A DNA stretch of 44,107 nt from Xylographa opegraphella (lineage: Eukaryota). The notes below the pieces were generated by a model. It did not search any database. It was not told the DNA's origin and was given only the letters and a program-made list of their open reading frames with translations. The stretch spans positions 1 through 44,107 of the forward strand of contig JALDZX010000098.1 of assembly GCA_022813865.1 (NCBI GenBank). The letters run 5' to 3'. Both the position numbers and the translations under genes were made by a program. Positions within the stretch are counted from its first letter, which is position 1. Every line of letters starts with the position of its first letter. This document shows positions 23,240-35,816 of this stretch, in pieces.

Positions 23240-23969
23240 AAAGCTTGACGATGCTCCATTCAGTATTTCGACTTCTGCCAGACATCTCGAACAGATCGGT
23301 CCTTTGAGCCGCCGGGTCCCGCCATCTGCACGCGGCATTATGCCGATCTGTTCCTTGCACGACATCGTATTCAATCATACCTTACATTTAATACCTCCCA
23401 AAAAACATGACGAGGGTTTTCGGGAACTCTTCATCCCGCTGGAAATGAAGGAGACCTTACATAATTCGAGATACTCTAATGACGGATAGACATTCAACGG
23501 CAACGAGGGACCGAAGCGTACACATACTTTGACATTACCAAGTACATACATGATTACTTTTTCCTTTTTGTCGGGTCGACCAAATAATATGCATTGGGAG
23601 CAAAGCATGGGCGGGATCGAATGTTTCGTTGTTGTACTTTTGCTTTCAACATCAGCGTTCGCGCATCGGACGCTGTGACTGCATGCACGCCGGACTGGTG
23701 GAGAGAAGCACGGATTGGGGGGGTGCTTTCTGGGCCCGTTGCAGTGGAAAGGAGAGATCTCGCGGCTCTGCGTGCGAGGATCGGGGCTGTATATTAGCAT
23801 GATAGCTTTGACGGAAGGGTAAAAAGAAATACTACTCTCTGGTTTTGCTGGGCATTGTGTGGGGACGTGTGGGTATTGTGTGGGCACCTCCTCGTGTGAT
23901 GACTACCAGTGCTTGTGCAATGGCTTGATTGATGGGTACGCTGTATGTTGACGTCTGTGTGTTGGGTTT

Positions 23970-24160
23970 GTGTATTATGCCCGTGTATTATGCCCGTGTA
24001 TTATGCCTGTGTATTATGCCTGTATATTATGCCTGCGTGTTGTGCCCGTGTATTATGCCTGTGTATTATGCCTGTGTATTATGCCTGTGTATTATGCCTG
24101 CGTGTTGTGCCTGTGTGTTGTGCCTGTGTATTATGCCTGTGTATTATGCCCGTGTATTAT
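23970..24160. repeat. 13-bp minisatellite GTGTATTATGCCY, 14 full copies plus a partial copy
   Basis: Contiguous 13-bp units with no spacers; variant units GTATATTATGCCT, GCGTGTTGTGCCY, GTGTGTTGTGCCT. Confidence 0.95.
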
Positions 24161-24453
24161 TCCATGTCTGGTGGGTGGGTAGGTTGTTGGGTACGGTGGG
24201 GAGGTGGGTGTGGTGAGCATTAGGGATAAACGAGATTGTAGAGCACGTGACTGATTGCGCGCGGAGTTTCCCCCGACTCTCGGTGTTTACATCCATCTGT
24301 CTTCCTACTTTCCTCACACCTTCCACCTCCGGCTCCACCTCACCTCCAGCTCCAGCATCACCTCCAGCTCCACCACCATCTTTCCACCTTCCCACATCAA
24401 ATCCACTACCCCACCAAACCCGCAGAAAAGAAAAAAAAACTACAGCAACAGCA

Positions 24454-24791
24454 ATGCCCCCCCCCTCCACCACAACATCCACATCATCAACATCAACATC
24501 CACCCAAAACCGCACCCGCCAGTACGCCCACCTCGCCGCGCAGCTCGCGCGCCTGAACGCCCTCGTCGCCGACACGGAGAACCTGCTCCGCATGACGGCC
24601 GTGCAGGCGGCGTACGTGAGGGGGTTGGGGGGCTGGATGGGGGGCGTGTGAGTTCACTTTTATTTTGCTACTTGTTGTTTTGGGGGAAGACGGGCTGACA
24701 ACTACTTTTTGCACGGCGCAATAGATTCATGGCGTCCGCGAAGGTTCTGGGCGAGGATGGCGCGGTGGTGGAGCGGGGGGAGCAGAGATGA
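24454..24791 (+). CDS. HSK3: DASH/Dam1 complex subunit Hsk3
   Basis: Exons 24454-24647 and 24725-24791 (GTGAGT..CTGAC..ATAG). RQYAHLAAQLARLNALVADTENLLRMTAVQAAYVRGLGGWMGGVFMASAKVLGE fits the Hsk3 pattern. Confidence 0.85.
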
Positions 24792-26015
24792 GATTGAGCT
24801 GAGAGATGAGCTGAGAGAGAGGGATGAGCACGGGTGCGTGCAGGGGATTTGGGCACGGGGAACTCGACGCTCTGAGCCTGAGGAGTGGGGGTGGAACGGA
24901 AAAAGAGAGGAGGGGGGGGAGGAGAGGAGAGCAGCGCGTGGTGCACGGGCAAGATCAAGAGTGGACAGACAGACAGACAGACAAACAGCGACGGAAGAAG
25001 GGAGAATCGAACTCCGTCCATTCTAGCTAGCTAGCTAGGGGATAGCGAATCAATCACACGGAGTAAGCCAGTCAGCCAGTCGGCCATGCAGCCGCAGCCG
25101 CAGATTGGGTAGCTTTTCCCAGAAGTCAAGAAGGAGAGAGGTAGGGAGTACAGTATCTGGTGGCATGAAAGCCGACGCCTACCTAGAAGGCAAGAAGGAG
25201 ACAACACCGCTTCTCACGCGCAGGAATACGAGGGAGGACGCGCGTTAGAGAGTGTTTGGTCGTTGTGTATTCATAACCCCCCAAGGCTACATAGCTACAT
25301 ATTCCCCCTCCCACCCCCTCCCACACAGCCCGCGTGCGCGGATATATCCCAACCGCCCTCTCATCCTCTCCTCCGCAGTAAAGCCACCCACCCACACCGC
25401 CCCAGCCTCCCAAACCAGTCCACCATCAAGAACACAAACCCTCCCTCCCTCCCCCGCTCAAAAACAAACGCCGGTGAAAACCCCCCCCAAAAAAAACAAT
25501 AGCCAACCAAAGCACACAGAACCCGCCCGATTGCGCACTTCTGCACCCGCCGCAAAGAACGCGGGTTCGCAGACGCGATGGTATCAATGAACGTCTCTCG
25601 CGAGCCAGAGAAAAAGCGAAAGAGGGAAAGGGGGAGAGAAAAAAAGTACCACACAAGGAGGGAGCCCGCACGGAATGTGTGAGACGCAAAAAGGGAGACG
25701 AATGCCGGACGAACGCACGCTTCCGGGCGGAATGTGAAAGATGGAGGAAGTCCAAGCGGAGCACCGTGGCGGCGAGGGAGGGCGCTGGTGTGGATGAGCA
25801 AAGGCATCGTTGCGGTGGAAGATCATCGACAAAGAAGCGGACGGGGTGTATTAGAAGCTCGTAATCGATCGTGACGTAATGCCGTTGTATGTTGTATGTA
25901 TTGTATGTGTATGTGCGCGTGTATGGAAGCCTCCCGGTCTATATCTCGCCGCTGGCCAGCCAATCCAGGTGTCGTTTGTAACGCGTAAAAAACTCCCGTG
26001 ACCCAAACCCGCCCT

Positions 26016-29003
26016 TCATAAGCTCATGGTAAGCCATTCCCATTCCTGCGTCGCCGCACCGCCTCCGCCTGCCATGATGGGTTGCGGTGTCGAGGTGCCC
26101 ATCAACCCGCTCCCATGGGCACCGATCCCACTGCCGGGGTTTATCGACCTGGCCGTGTGTTGCGAGGTCTTCGCTACCGGCACGTCGGACTGCTTTGCGA
26201 GGGAGGCGCTGGATGAGGATGCGGGCCCTCTGCCGCTCGTGTCCTCGGCGTCGCCCATTTCTCTTTCCTGGCTCGTGACCCCGGTGTTGACAAGGCCGGC
26301 TTTGGACGCGCGACGTAGTCTTTTCGGGGTCACCGTCACCGGTGGACGGGAGGTATTGGCTGAATTGGGGGGCATGGTTTTGGGTGGTGCGGCAGCGATA
26401 GGCACAACACCAACCTTTCCAGTCCCGGGTAACGAGGTTCCGTAGCTGGTTGGGGTGCTGCCGGCAGTTGACCCCCCGTTGACGGAGCCTTGCATGGACG
26501 GGGGCGATTCGGATTCGTTGGTGCTGTGAGCTTTCCCAGACGTGGGTGTCGTGACCGGCGTTTGTACGATGGAGTTCTTGCGGGAAGCTTTCTTGGCCGA
26601 GCGCGTCGAAGCCGTGCCAAGCGGTAAAGACGTTCCGCTGCCTCGGTTGCGTTTCTTGATGACATCCGTCTTGAGCGAAAGCGGACGCACGACACCATGG
26701 AGCTTGAGAAAGAGGCCGCAAGCATTGCACAGAGGATGTCCCTCCGGGTTGCGCCGCCATAGTGGAGTTGTTTGAGTGAAACAATTTGTGCAGGTTGTGG
26801 GAATTCCATTATTGTCACCGTTCTTGGTTCCCCCGGGGCTCGTGGGACGAGAAGGTACCACGCTACTGAAGCCTGATTCGGGAGGAGAGCTTGGGGAAGA
26901 TTGCGGCCGTGGTTGCATTGCTTGGTGTTGCTCCAGATGAAGGGCATTGGGAGTGGAACTGATGCGAGGAATCTTCTGCCGTCGCGGGTCATTCGTCCGG
27001 TTCCGAATATCGCTCACAGAGACTGCAGATCCGTGAGCTCTGGCAAGATTCCCTTGGTGATCCCATTCATGGGGTGAGGTGACCATTTCCGTCCCGCCGA
27101 TGGTCACTTGTTTCCTCGGTGGTCCGGCTGGATACCTTGCCGGCATGCTGTTGAATTGGCCGTGCAGGTTATTGTCCCATTGCATACCTCCGTTCACATC
27201 CATCGAGGAGTCTTCCATCGGAGAGTATTCGGTCTGCATGATCATCGACTGATCCGCGAACGCTGCGCCATCATCGTCTTCGTTGTCCGAGTCGGCACCG
27301 AAGGAGAACATGTTCTCCGTCCGCGTAATCGGCATAGCCGGCGATTGTGAGGTCGAAAACTCGGGGTGCAGCACCTGCGAGGGATTCACGTGTTGCTGCA
27401 TGGAAAACGCCGATGCACTGAAGTGCGGCATTGGAGCTCCACTGGTCACGGCGCTGAACATCGATTCTGCATTCGGGTTATAGATGTATTGCGGCTGCAT
27501 CGAATTCGACAGGTTGGATGGCCGATTCACAGCGTAATTCTGCACCGGCCGGGGATGCCGCATTTCCATCGCGCTTTGTTCGAAATACATACGATCGTTG
27601 TTGTCATGCATGGGCTGCGGAGTCGAGGAGGTGGATGGGAAAGCCGAGCCGGTCGGGGAGTAGTAGTCGGTCGAGGTCAGAGATGAGCCCATTGGGGTGT
27701 ACATGGATGAGAACGGTCCGTGGTTGATGAGGGGTGAGCCGGTAGGGGAGAAAGTGAAGGCCTGCTGGAACGGACCAGCAGAATGAAGGATGGGTTCGTC
27801 GTTTGCACCGAATGTGTCGATATTGAAAGGAAGGCGAGGATGGCTGGGATGGCTGGCGGATGGCTGAGCGAAAGACTGGTGTGGCCCCGGATGGTCGAGT
27901 GTATAGTTGTTCAGGCCCATGTCTGCGTCGGGATCGTTTGGTATCATAATGCTGGATACCGGCGGAACCTGAGGTGAGAACTCGGCCGGCCGTTTTCGAG
28001 CCTTGGAGGTGATTGTTAGCCAGGCCACGTTCAAATCCAGGGTGGAGGGTGAATTACCTTCCGATCATCGATACTGGTCTTTCTCACATGTCGGCGGATA
28101 TAATCGAACTCTTGAGCCCTTTGGTGGTCGTGCGGCGGCACTGGCACCGAAGCGGCGGGGAAGATGGGATGTGATTGATCTTGGAGGCCTTTTCGAGTCT
28201 TGATGGGAATTGCAGATGCAACGGAATTGGCAGAGGTCGAGGTGGTGAGGTGGGGAGGCGACGGCGACTGATCGGCGGGCGAAGCGATGGACGCGGAGAA
28301 GATGAAGTCGTCCAGATTCATCGGATCCGACGGCGGCGCATTCGTGGCATCGACCGACTGCCTCAGTTGTGCAATGCCAGACGGGGCCGACGGGCGTTGT
28401 TGAGCGATGCTGTCGAGATGAAGATGAGTGGATGGTTTCTGGATGCGCAACGCCGCCAGAGCACATGGATGAAACCTACCGAGCCTGCTCACGCTCCTTG
28501 CGCTTCAAGTTCATGGCCATCATCCTCCAGGTCAGGTTCTCCATCCGCTCCTGATTGGGCAATTGGGTTTTGGTCTGCTTGTAGAGCTTCCATATCTGCG
28601 TCGCCAGCGGGTCCTTCTTTTGCATCTCCTCCGGGTGATCGAGGTCGGCGCTGGAAGCGGCATCTTTCCAGCTTGGGAAGAAGGCCTCGCGCAGCAGCTC
28701 CGGGCGAGCCACGGTGTGCTCTGTCGAGAGATCCAGCTTGACTGCGACGGCCGGAGTCGATGAAGGTGTCGGTGGTGTTGGTGGTGGTGATGGTCGTCGT
28801 CGTGACTGGTTCGTCACGGTGAGCGATCCGGGAGGTTGATAGGGAGCCTGTGACGGTTGTGGGGAAGACGATGATGATGCATCCAAAGAGGTCGCAGCAC
28901 CTGACGCTTCTCCGCCGATGGACGGGGTCGCGCCCTCGTCGCTGGACTGGGTGGCTGCAGCGGCGGTGCCCCCACGCGATCGAATATAAAGCGACTGGGC
29001 CAT
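26016..29003 (-). CDS. areA: Global nitrogen regulator AreA/NIT-2 (GATA zinc-finger transcription factor)
   Basis: Exons 29003-28480, 28409-28058, 28001-26016. N-terminal [51 protein letters not shown] finger [51 protein letters not shown]-terminal EWEWLTMSL. Confidence 0.97.
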
Positions 29004-31377
29004 GGCCGAGCGTCCCTTGTTCGACTGGACCAACTACGCAAGTCGAAGTGCAACCTTCGTCCCGCACGCCCGCTTGACAAGCGTGGAGCACAACCACACG
29101 CTGTTGCGCTTCTGCTGCTGCGTCCAACACACGAAAGGGGCTTTCCTTCCGGCTTTGGCTCTCAGAGAAGGTTTCCGTGCAGGATTGCCATGTGGCGAGG
29201 GGATCTGTGATCGGGATGTCGCGGATTACATACGAAGTAGATGCCACCATCAGCTAACAATGAGTGCGAAAAGTTTTCATCTTTTTATTTTTCTGGAACG
29301 GACGAGGCAACACTCATGAATGGCTGGAGCATGGCGAACTACCTTGACTTCGAGAACTACCTACCTACACTAGACTACCTGACTTTTACCCCTCGGCCGT
29401 GTGTTTCGGCGGAGTTGTCTGTCGAGGCAGGCCATAGGCTCCGTCCACCAGAAAGCATGGGGAAGACCGTGCTACGGTGCATACCCCCAGGCCCCGTCCT
29501 GCGACATGAGTGGGCGCTGACGGGCGCTGGCGCACCCTCCCTGGTGGATCCTGCTCTGACCCGCATGGGGGAGGGAAGCCGCTCATTCGCCCGTGCGAAC
29601 AAGCAAAGCAACGAGAGTGGGGGGGATGCGGCCGGGGTTGCATGGGCAGAATGTGCATTTTTTGCCTAAGCAGCTCCGTAATTGCCATATTTCGTGCATC
29701 GTATAGTGCCCAGCTTTCCATCCTTGGCCATCTTGGCCCAGCTTTTTTTGCTTGCTGTCGTCGTACGAAGGTGGGATCATGGGCATATAGAGACGAAAAG
29801 CCTGGCCCCCGGGGGACGGCAGAAGTCGTGAGGTCTGGCAGATTGGGTTCACGGCTCTAGGCTCAAGACTCCAGACTCGACAATTCCCCAGACACGGAAC
29901 ACCAGTTAATCAGCCGTTCATGAACCAGACCAGACCCATCGCAGTGTCACACAATTCTTCTCCCAGGCCCGCCCGAAGCCTTCTGGAACGACGGCTTGAT
30001 CACACGATAGGCGGATTGCGAGTCCGGAAATGCTCCATTATTCTTTTCGGGTCTGAATCCACCCTTCAACGAGCGCGACTACTTCCAAAACACATACTCC
30101 GTACACGGGAATAAAGTGACAGCTCTAAAGGCGGCGGGCGGTCCACCAGCTCCTTACCCGGTCGAGACTAGCGGGGTCCGACACGACGGGGCTAGGGCGA
30201 AATGGGTAATTGCAAGCCTCCGATTCCACCCGTGTGCCCCATAATTGCACGGAGTCTGGAGAGAGAGGCGCCGCAGAGTGGAGAGGAGTGCAAATTGGAA
30301 CAGCAAATATATGTCGCTCATCTGGATGGGACGGCAGATGGCGGTGGCATGTATTATGGATGGATGTGAAGTCAATAATACCTATGTAACACGGCGCGCA
30401 CAAAGCACTGTCTGTCGGCCTGGAACTTCAAACCAGAGTTCCGTGGCAAATAGCCCCCCCCCGTCGAGACATGCGTCCTTCGACACCAGCCGCACGCTGC
30501 AGCCCGAAGCTTGTTCTTCGACCCCTTCCCCGTTACGCGTCCTTGACATTTGCTGCCATTTCTCCCGAGGCGCAATGACCTGCTTTCTGAGTATCTCAGC
30601 GCACCGTAAGGCCAGGCGGTGGACTCTGACTCGGAGACACCGTTGGCCCATGGATTCAGTCTTCCGTACAACCTCCCCGGTCCCGACAGGTGTCTGTCTA
30701 ATGTGACAATCCGGAACGACCTGCTGGGTCGGCGGGCCAGTGTTTCACCCTCCGAGAAGGTTGCTGCAGGTCATCCGTCGCACCCAAGTCCATCGCACCC
30801 TTGGGACGCTGAAGAGCGAACGTGCAGCCTGGGCCAGGATTCAGCAAGCCGGCCGCTGCTCCGCGTGCATCACATGTTCGCTCGTCTCAACCACATCTAC
30901 CGGCCGTCTTTCAGTTCAACCGCCAGACAAATGAGCGCCGGCCGTCGGTGTTGTGTGGATGGGGCCAAGTGGGGTGAGCAAAAAGGTTAATGGAGCCTCG
31001 GCTGAACGGGCCTGCCGGTCCAGAGTGGGGGGGGTGGGCAAAGTGAGAGAGGCAGGAGAAATGAGAGGCAACATGAGATTCGGTAGAGGAACAAGATATG
31101 TATCAACAACATCGACTGAATTCTAAGACGCATCAAGTTCAAAAGGACAGGCGACGACTCACTCACTTCAGCTTGGCGTCCCAGTGACAGCGACGCGCAC
31201 AGACCCAGGCGGCTAAAGGTCACCCCCACACTAGAAGGGTGGTGGAGGGTGCGGACGCCGGTTGTCCTGACACACAACAACTTCGCGTGACGTGGAAGAG
31301 AGGAAAGTGAGAAGCGAGATGGGAAAGCCGCGTCAGGGCTGTCATGCCTATCCCGTGCAATAACGCATGCGTGGGCC

Positions 31378-31403
31378 GTGGTGGTGGTGGTGGTGGTGGT
31401 GGT
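31378..31403. repeat. (GTG)n microsatellite
   Basis: About 8 consecutive GTG units. Confidence 0.85.
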
Positions 31404-33083
31404 CATCGCTTGCGCTGTACAGTCCATAAGAGTAGTAGGATAACTCGGCTGGCGTTTCTCGATCGTCGGAACTGCACTCCCGAAGCCTGGCGTGGAGACC
31501 GCTCAAACCTCCCCCATCGGGTATGTGTCTTCGTGATGGACGACCTTCATACCGAGTACATCGTGTGGCATCGGCGGAGGAAAGCATCGGCGATCACGAT
31601 CGGAGCCGGCAGTCAACGTGCTGCATCCGCGCGCGGGACTCGATCTTTGCCATTCCAATGCTTCGATCTCCCAGCTACTTTGTGAATAGGAAGCGTCATG
31701 AGGCGGCATTCTCTGACCTGGAGGAGGGTAATAGTTCCCATTGGATCATGTGGATGTCGTCCTCTCATCAATCAGGTAGCCCTTGACAGTGATCAGAGGA
31801 AGTTGGGTGTCGAGCAAACGGTCATATGGACGACGAGTCGGTCGAGTTGACATCCAGTGGGACCGTAACGGGTTGGGAAAGAAGCGGGAAGGATGGATGC
31901 TATAAATCCCTCACTCAGGACAGCGGAAAGATAAGAAAGGCATATCGAATTGGGTCGCAATCAACGCACGAGCCCCAATCGCTCTGCCACCATCCAGATA
32001 TGAGATAACAGCGGTCCAGGCACGCTTCGTCCCGCCAGGTACCGCGGCGGGCGTGAGCAGTCCGAAGTGTCAACCGGTACGGAGCACTGCAGATCGTGAC
32101 ACCCTCCGGCACCGGGGAAACCCTATCGTGGCCGGGGCACGGCTCTTGCAATCTCCTGCCTATCACAACGCTGCAGTGGAAAGCGGTGATGTTATTGCCA
32201 CGTCGATAGTGCAGTATCTATCATAAGGTAATCACCTTCGGGGTTGCGATGTTATCCGAACAAAGGTACTACTCTCGCTACTAAAAGGTATCGCTGCACA
32301 CACGAGTATTGTCCTTGTCAAGCAAGGACGATGACTAATGCGCTCTTCACGACTCTTAACCAGCATGGTCGGTCTCTTTCATAGAGAACGGCAAGACCAA
32401 TTCTGCTAATCCGGATGGTTGATCGCACTTCATGTGGCAGAGGATATTGCATCGCAGTCCCATTGCCGTGGAGTGCAACGGTGTGGTCGGTATCTACTTT
32501 ACTTCGTACACGGTCAACAGCTGCGATATGTGAGTTGATAACCGACAGGTATTCAAAGTTGGTTAGGGTTCTAACCCGCATTGAGGGGCCCCTCGTGCTT
32601 GGCGGCGTGCCGGGGTCGAGGCCTCCGCCCGCTATAACGTAGCGGGGATAGCTTCAACGGCGCCGAACTTCCCCACATTCATCAAATGCTCCAAGCTGAT
32701 TCACCGCTCTTGACGACTGCCAGGCTGTCCCTCCCGGCCAACCTGCTTAGGTGCCGGGTTCGCATGTAGGCTACGACGAACGGTACCTTAACCATCACTT
32801 GCTAGCATCAAGCTTCACACCTGAACAAGTACCGCTCCTTGCCATTTTCCTGCATTTCCCCCCCCGGATAATGCCTCATCGTATCAAATCCTGTGGTGTC
32901 CCTCTCACGGGTCTACGGATGTCGGGCGCCTCCACACACGTTGCCCGTTTTGGATACGGAGCTCGAGGACGTCTCCGTGAAAAGAGTACATTCGTAGCAT
33001 AGGATTGCGGTATACAAGAATGCCAGCGATGAAGCTCTGTTGCAGCTCCTCCATCGCTCTCCGTGCGCTCACTGCTCTTCAAG

Positions 33084-34651
33084 ATGCGTGTTCTCGCCAT
33101 ACTCCTCGCCTTGGTCTCCGTGACCGTGGCGGAGATCCTGCAAAACGGACAGCTACGCGCAAACCCTTATCCCGGTCAGGTGGGAACTATCGCCATCACA
33201 GCAAGCAACAGCTCTGAATGGAAAGCTTATCCCCCAAACGCCACCGAGCTTAGCTACAAAGGACGATGGGATAGCAAGTACATCTCCTGGTGGTCGGCTC
33301 CGGGCTTGAAGTTCGGCTTCACCGGCGACAACGTTGCCATCAGCTTCGGCAACTACACCGATGCAGGCGTATTGGTCGCCTACCGCGTCGACGGTCAGGA
33401 CTGGCAGTTCTCCAACGTCACCGCGAATGCGACATACCTGTTCATCACCCCGAGCACCACTGGGGTCAATCTGACCACCCCAGCAAACGCGGTTCAGACC
33501 TTCGAGATGCGAGTGACGAACTGGGCGTATGGCGTACAGCTTGCTGGTGTGTGGACGAGCTGCTCCGGAGGATTGGTCAAGATCCCCAACCACCCAATGA
33601 ACATTGAGATCATTGGAGACTCGTATGGTCATCGCTCTACTGTCCGACGTTCCTCCACTAATAGCTTATAGCTTGAGCGCCGGGCAATATGCTACTTATG
33701 AGGTATGAGTAACGACCCTCCATAGCTTATCATTAGCTCACTCGTCGTTCTAGGGTATTTCATCGTACTCTTGGGGCCTCGGGGAAGGGTTCGGTAATGT
33801 CGAATTCTCAATCACGGTATGTTGCACGCCGAGTGATCGTCCGGTTCGTTCTAACATGACTGCAGGCCTACCCCGGAATCTGTCTCCATGACTCCCGATG
33901 CTATGGTAATCTCCGTGGTCAAGTGAGCATTTTGGAGCGTCATTCTGCGTTCTACACATGATGTCTGACCTCTGTATAGACCTACCAATGGCTTCACACA
34001 AGTGATACTTCCGGACGTGCGATCGAGATCTGGGGTGACAATCCGGAGCTCTGGAACTTCACCGCCCACCAACAAGCTAATGTTGTCGTTATCAACCTTG
34101 GCACGAACGACAACAATACGTCCAACAACATCACTGGGCCCGAGTTCTACCAATCGTATATCCAGATGATTGAAGAAGTCCACAGTGTCTGGCCGAAAGC
34201 GCAGATCATCCTGATCTCACTATGGAACGGCTTCGGCGCAGTTGGAAACACCTACGCTCAGGGAGGAGCTTTCATCACTGGTAAAGCGATGCCGTAATTC
34301 AAAACTGCATGACATACTGATATAAGCGTCCAGAGATCTACCAGGTCTACCAATACTTCAACAGCGGGAAGTACGCCAACCAGGACTTTGTGTACTACTT
34401 CAACACGACCGGGATATTGCAGCACAACGGTCCGTCCTTGATCCCAATCCCTTTCCATTGAATTAGTAATTCAAATCCTGACCCGAGCCATAGATATCAA
34501 CCCGCAGTACCATCCCACCGACGTCGGACACGTCAAGCTCGCGAGCCACCTGCTGCAGTACATCAAGATGCAGTTCAACTTCACCTTTGGCGCCACGGGC
34601 CCGGAAGTCCAGCACGACACGCTCTACTGGAACGACGAGCAGAACTACTGA
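33084..34651 (+). CDS. Secreted SGNH/GDSL hydrolase, carbohydrate esterase family 2 / endoglucanase-E-like
   Basis: Seven exons: 33084-33622, 33672-33702, 33754-33816, 33866-33922, 33980-34280, 34334-34429, 34494-34651. Signal peptide MRVLAILLALVSVTVA, N-terminal beta region (YKGRW), IEIIGDSL, AYPGICL, VINLGTND, QYHPTDVGH. Confidence 0.88.
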
Positions 34652-35816
34652 GCGGGCGCGTTTCCCAAGCGTGGCCTGCTGTTCTGCACGATTGGGAAGT
34701 GGCCTTGCGGTTCGGCGGACTGGGCACCATAGTGTCGAAAAGTTTATGTATATACATATCTAGATATAAAAGAACCCACAACCCCCAACCCCCCAGTCTG
34801 AAAACCACCCGTGACGCCTTCCGTCTCGCCGTGGAGTGACCTCGCCACGTACCACGTACCCCGTACCCTCCCCTTCTCCACTACAGGTGCCGTTTACGAG
34901 ATAGTCTCTAACTGCAGCGCGTATAACAGCCAGCACCCAAGCCCCTGGACGAGGCCATATCCCTCTCCCTCCCTCCCACATACACGTTCCGGACCAGCAC
35001 CAGCACCCGACTGCGCACGACCGGCCTCCCTGCCTCCGGGCCACAATTGCTCGCTCTGCTATCCCCGCCGTGGATTCCTCCTCCCCGGTCCTTAGATCTA
35101 TCGTATCTGTGGGTTTCTTCTCCTGTGTGTGTGTGTGTGTATGTATGAGTGAGTAGATATAGGACCCAGGATACAGGACACAGGATACAGAGCCGCGAGT
35201 TGATGGTAAGGTGATTAAGATAGCGTCGTAGCGTGCTACATCATCTCCCCTCCCCTCCCCTCCCCTCACATCATAAAATCTCACATCCTATCATATCACC
35301 GTCCACACCATCCATCCGGGGGCCATCCCTTGCCTGACCCCGTCCATCCATCCTCCACCCCTCACGGTGGCAAGCACAACGAAAAGCAGCCAGCAAGCAG
35401 GCGGGTGGGCGGGAAGGACGGACACGCAGCCGTGGGGTAGTGGGTGCGTCGACTGAAAGGAGTATGGTCTGGCATGCGGGGGGGGGCAGGCGACAAGGGG
35501 GGCAGGTGGAGGTGCGGCTAGGGTGTTGGGTCGGATGGAGGCCGGGGTGGGTGATGGAGGAGGGGGATATGCGGCGTGGGCGGTGGCGGAGCTGGAGAGG
35601 TGGGAGGGGAAGGGGGAGAGGAGAGAGGGCATTGAGCACGACGAGCGACGCGAGTGTGCGCAGTCAAGAGCGGATGAGGTGCGTGGTCATGATGGATGTG
35701 CTATGTACTTTGCTATGGATGGGGACGCGAGCTAGGAAATGAAAGAGGTCTGCCCGCTGCACGTTCCACCATGTTGAGTGTGTTGATGGCTTGCTGGGGA
35801 CTAGGACGTGGGCAGT

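Noticed and set aside
23970..24160. CRISPR-like array, or Cys-rich repeat proteins from the three overlapping ORFs
   Set aside because: Units are contiguous with no unique spacers, the locus is eukaryotic with no cas genes, and the ORFs are translations of a stop-free 13-mer.
33623..34493. Apparent frameshifts or pseudogenisation of the esterase (and similar breaks in WDR59 and the RBR gene)
   Set aside because: All breaks are resolved by canonical GT-AG introns that restore an intact reading frame.
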